64,000 bases of DNA from an uncultured Vicinamibacteraceae bacterium. GTDB taxonomy: Bacteria > Acidobacteriota > Vicinamibacteria > Vicinamibacterales > UBA8438. Position numbers and translations under genes: made by a program. Below are positions 63,590 through 64,000 of the stretch, one piece after another (position 1 is the first letter of the stretch; each line of letters begins with the position of its first letter). The DNA lies in contig CAZUZW010000009.1 in the NCBI GenBank assembly GCA_964624855.1, forward strand, positions 2,921 through 66,920, in the 5' to 3' direction. The notes under the pieces were generated by a model, which saw only the letters and a list, made by a program, of their open reading frames with translations, did not search any database and was not told the origin of the DNA.

Positions 63590-64000
63590 TGGTGTCACGG
63601 TTAGCTGTGTCGAATCTAAGGATGGTCGTGACAGGGTGTCTACTGGTTTTGTTGTGGGGATGTGCGGTAGTGGGTCCGGTTGAAGAAGATACCGATACGC
63701 GAATTGGTCTACCAGTTTCAGGAGATCCATTGGTTACGATTCGTATCGTGTTTCGAACTGGTTCGGTGAACGATCCTGACGGCAAGAACGGACTGAATGC
63801 GCTCACGGCGCTGATGTTGGGGCGGGGAGGCACGGAGACTCTGAGCTATCAAGAATTGACCACAGTCCTCTACCCTTGGGCGGCATCGATCGGAGTGCAA
63901 TCGGACAAAGAAGTAACCACGGTGGTCGGTCAGGTCCACCGGGACCATCTCGAAGATTTCTACATAATCTTGCGCAGTCTTGTTATTGCGCCAGGATTTG
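63589..64000 (+). CDS. M16-family peptidase-like protein, non-catalytic-type partner (partial; runs off the right edge)
   Basis: Not in the supplied ORF track because it has no stop in the window. Manual translation gives ...MVVTGCLLVLLWGCAVVGP...VTIRIVFRTGSVNDPDGKNGLNALTALMLGRGGTETLSYQEL..., with a lipobox LWGC and GLNALTALMLGRGG where HxxEH would sit. Start is GTG 63589/63592 or ATG 63622. Confidence 0.6.
   Translation, partial: MVSRLAVSNLRMVVTGCLLVLLWGCAVVGPVEEDTDTRIGLPVSGDPLVTIRIVFRTGSVNDPDGKNGLNALTALMLGRGGTETLSYQELTTVLYPWAASIGVQSDKEVTTVVGQVHRDHLEDFYIILRSLVIAPGF

Noticed and set aside
1-64000. Search for CRISPR arrays, tandem or interspersed repeats, IS elements, toxin-antitoxin pairs, restriction-modification or other defence modules
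   Set aside because: Reading the intergenic regions and the ORF list, I found no spaced direct repeats, no transposase, integrase or recombinase, and no nuclease/ATPase pairs typical of defence systems. I cannot exclude short dispersed repeats without a computational self-alignment (dot-plot).

Overview
This is a densely packed 64-kb chromosomal segment: about 90 % coding, with many 4-nt start/stop overlaps and roughly 50 % GC from hand counts. It looks like an uncultivated diderm bacterium (lipobox lipoproteins, a DUF481 outer-membrane barrel, RNase Y plus ZapA), but I cannot assign a phylum from sequence alone. I call about 59 protein genes and one tRNA. I saw no rRNA, CRISPR array, transposase, integrase, prophage or recognisable defence genes.

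Layout:
- 0-3.6 kb: secreted hydrolase-type enzymes.
- 3.66-12.42 kb: a very compact 10-gene cluster. It combines GTP cyclohydrolase II, a reductase-only RibD_C protein, a creatininase-fold amidohydrolase and an atypical PTPS/QueD-family protein with a CDP-alcohol phosphatidyltransferase, a GT4 glycosyltransferase, a BchC-like dehydrogenase, two methyltransferases and a flippase-like membrane protein. This is my best candidate for an undescribed system, predicted to make a lipid- or glycosyl-linked pyrimidine/pterin-type product.
- 12.6-15.6 kb: DoxX / LtaS-like / EEP envelope genes.
- 15.6-24.5 kb: a minus-strand glycan cluster led by a GH-GT2-TM fusion synthase, followed by an ABC exporter, two GT-B proteins, a PIG-L deacetylase and a Trm112-ribbon methyltransferase.
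- 24.5-40 kb: mostly secreted or periplasmic enzymes, including a GC-rich two-gene islet (MBL lipoprotein plus a secreted FAH-family protein).
- 40-64 kb: housekeeping genes. These are a heterodimeric ABC exporter with one degenerate ATP site; thiL, rny, zapA, a zapB-like gene and pheTS-rplT-rpmI-infC-thrS preceded by tRNA-Val; an S41-peptidase homologue with a substituted catalytic dyad; ruvX-mltG; and an M16 peptidase pair that runs off the right edge.

All functional calls rest on motif and family recognition from the translated ORFs. No database search was run.
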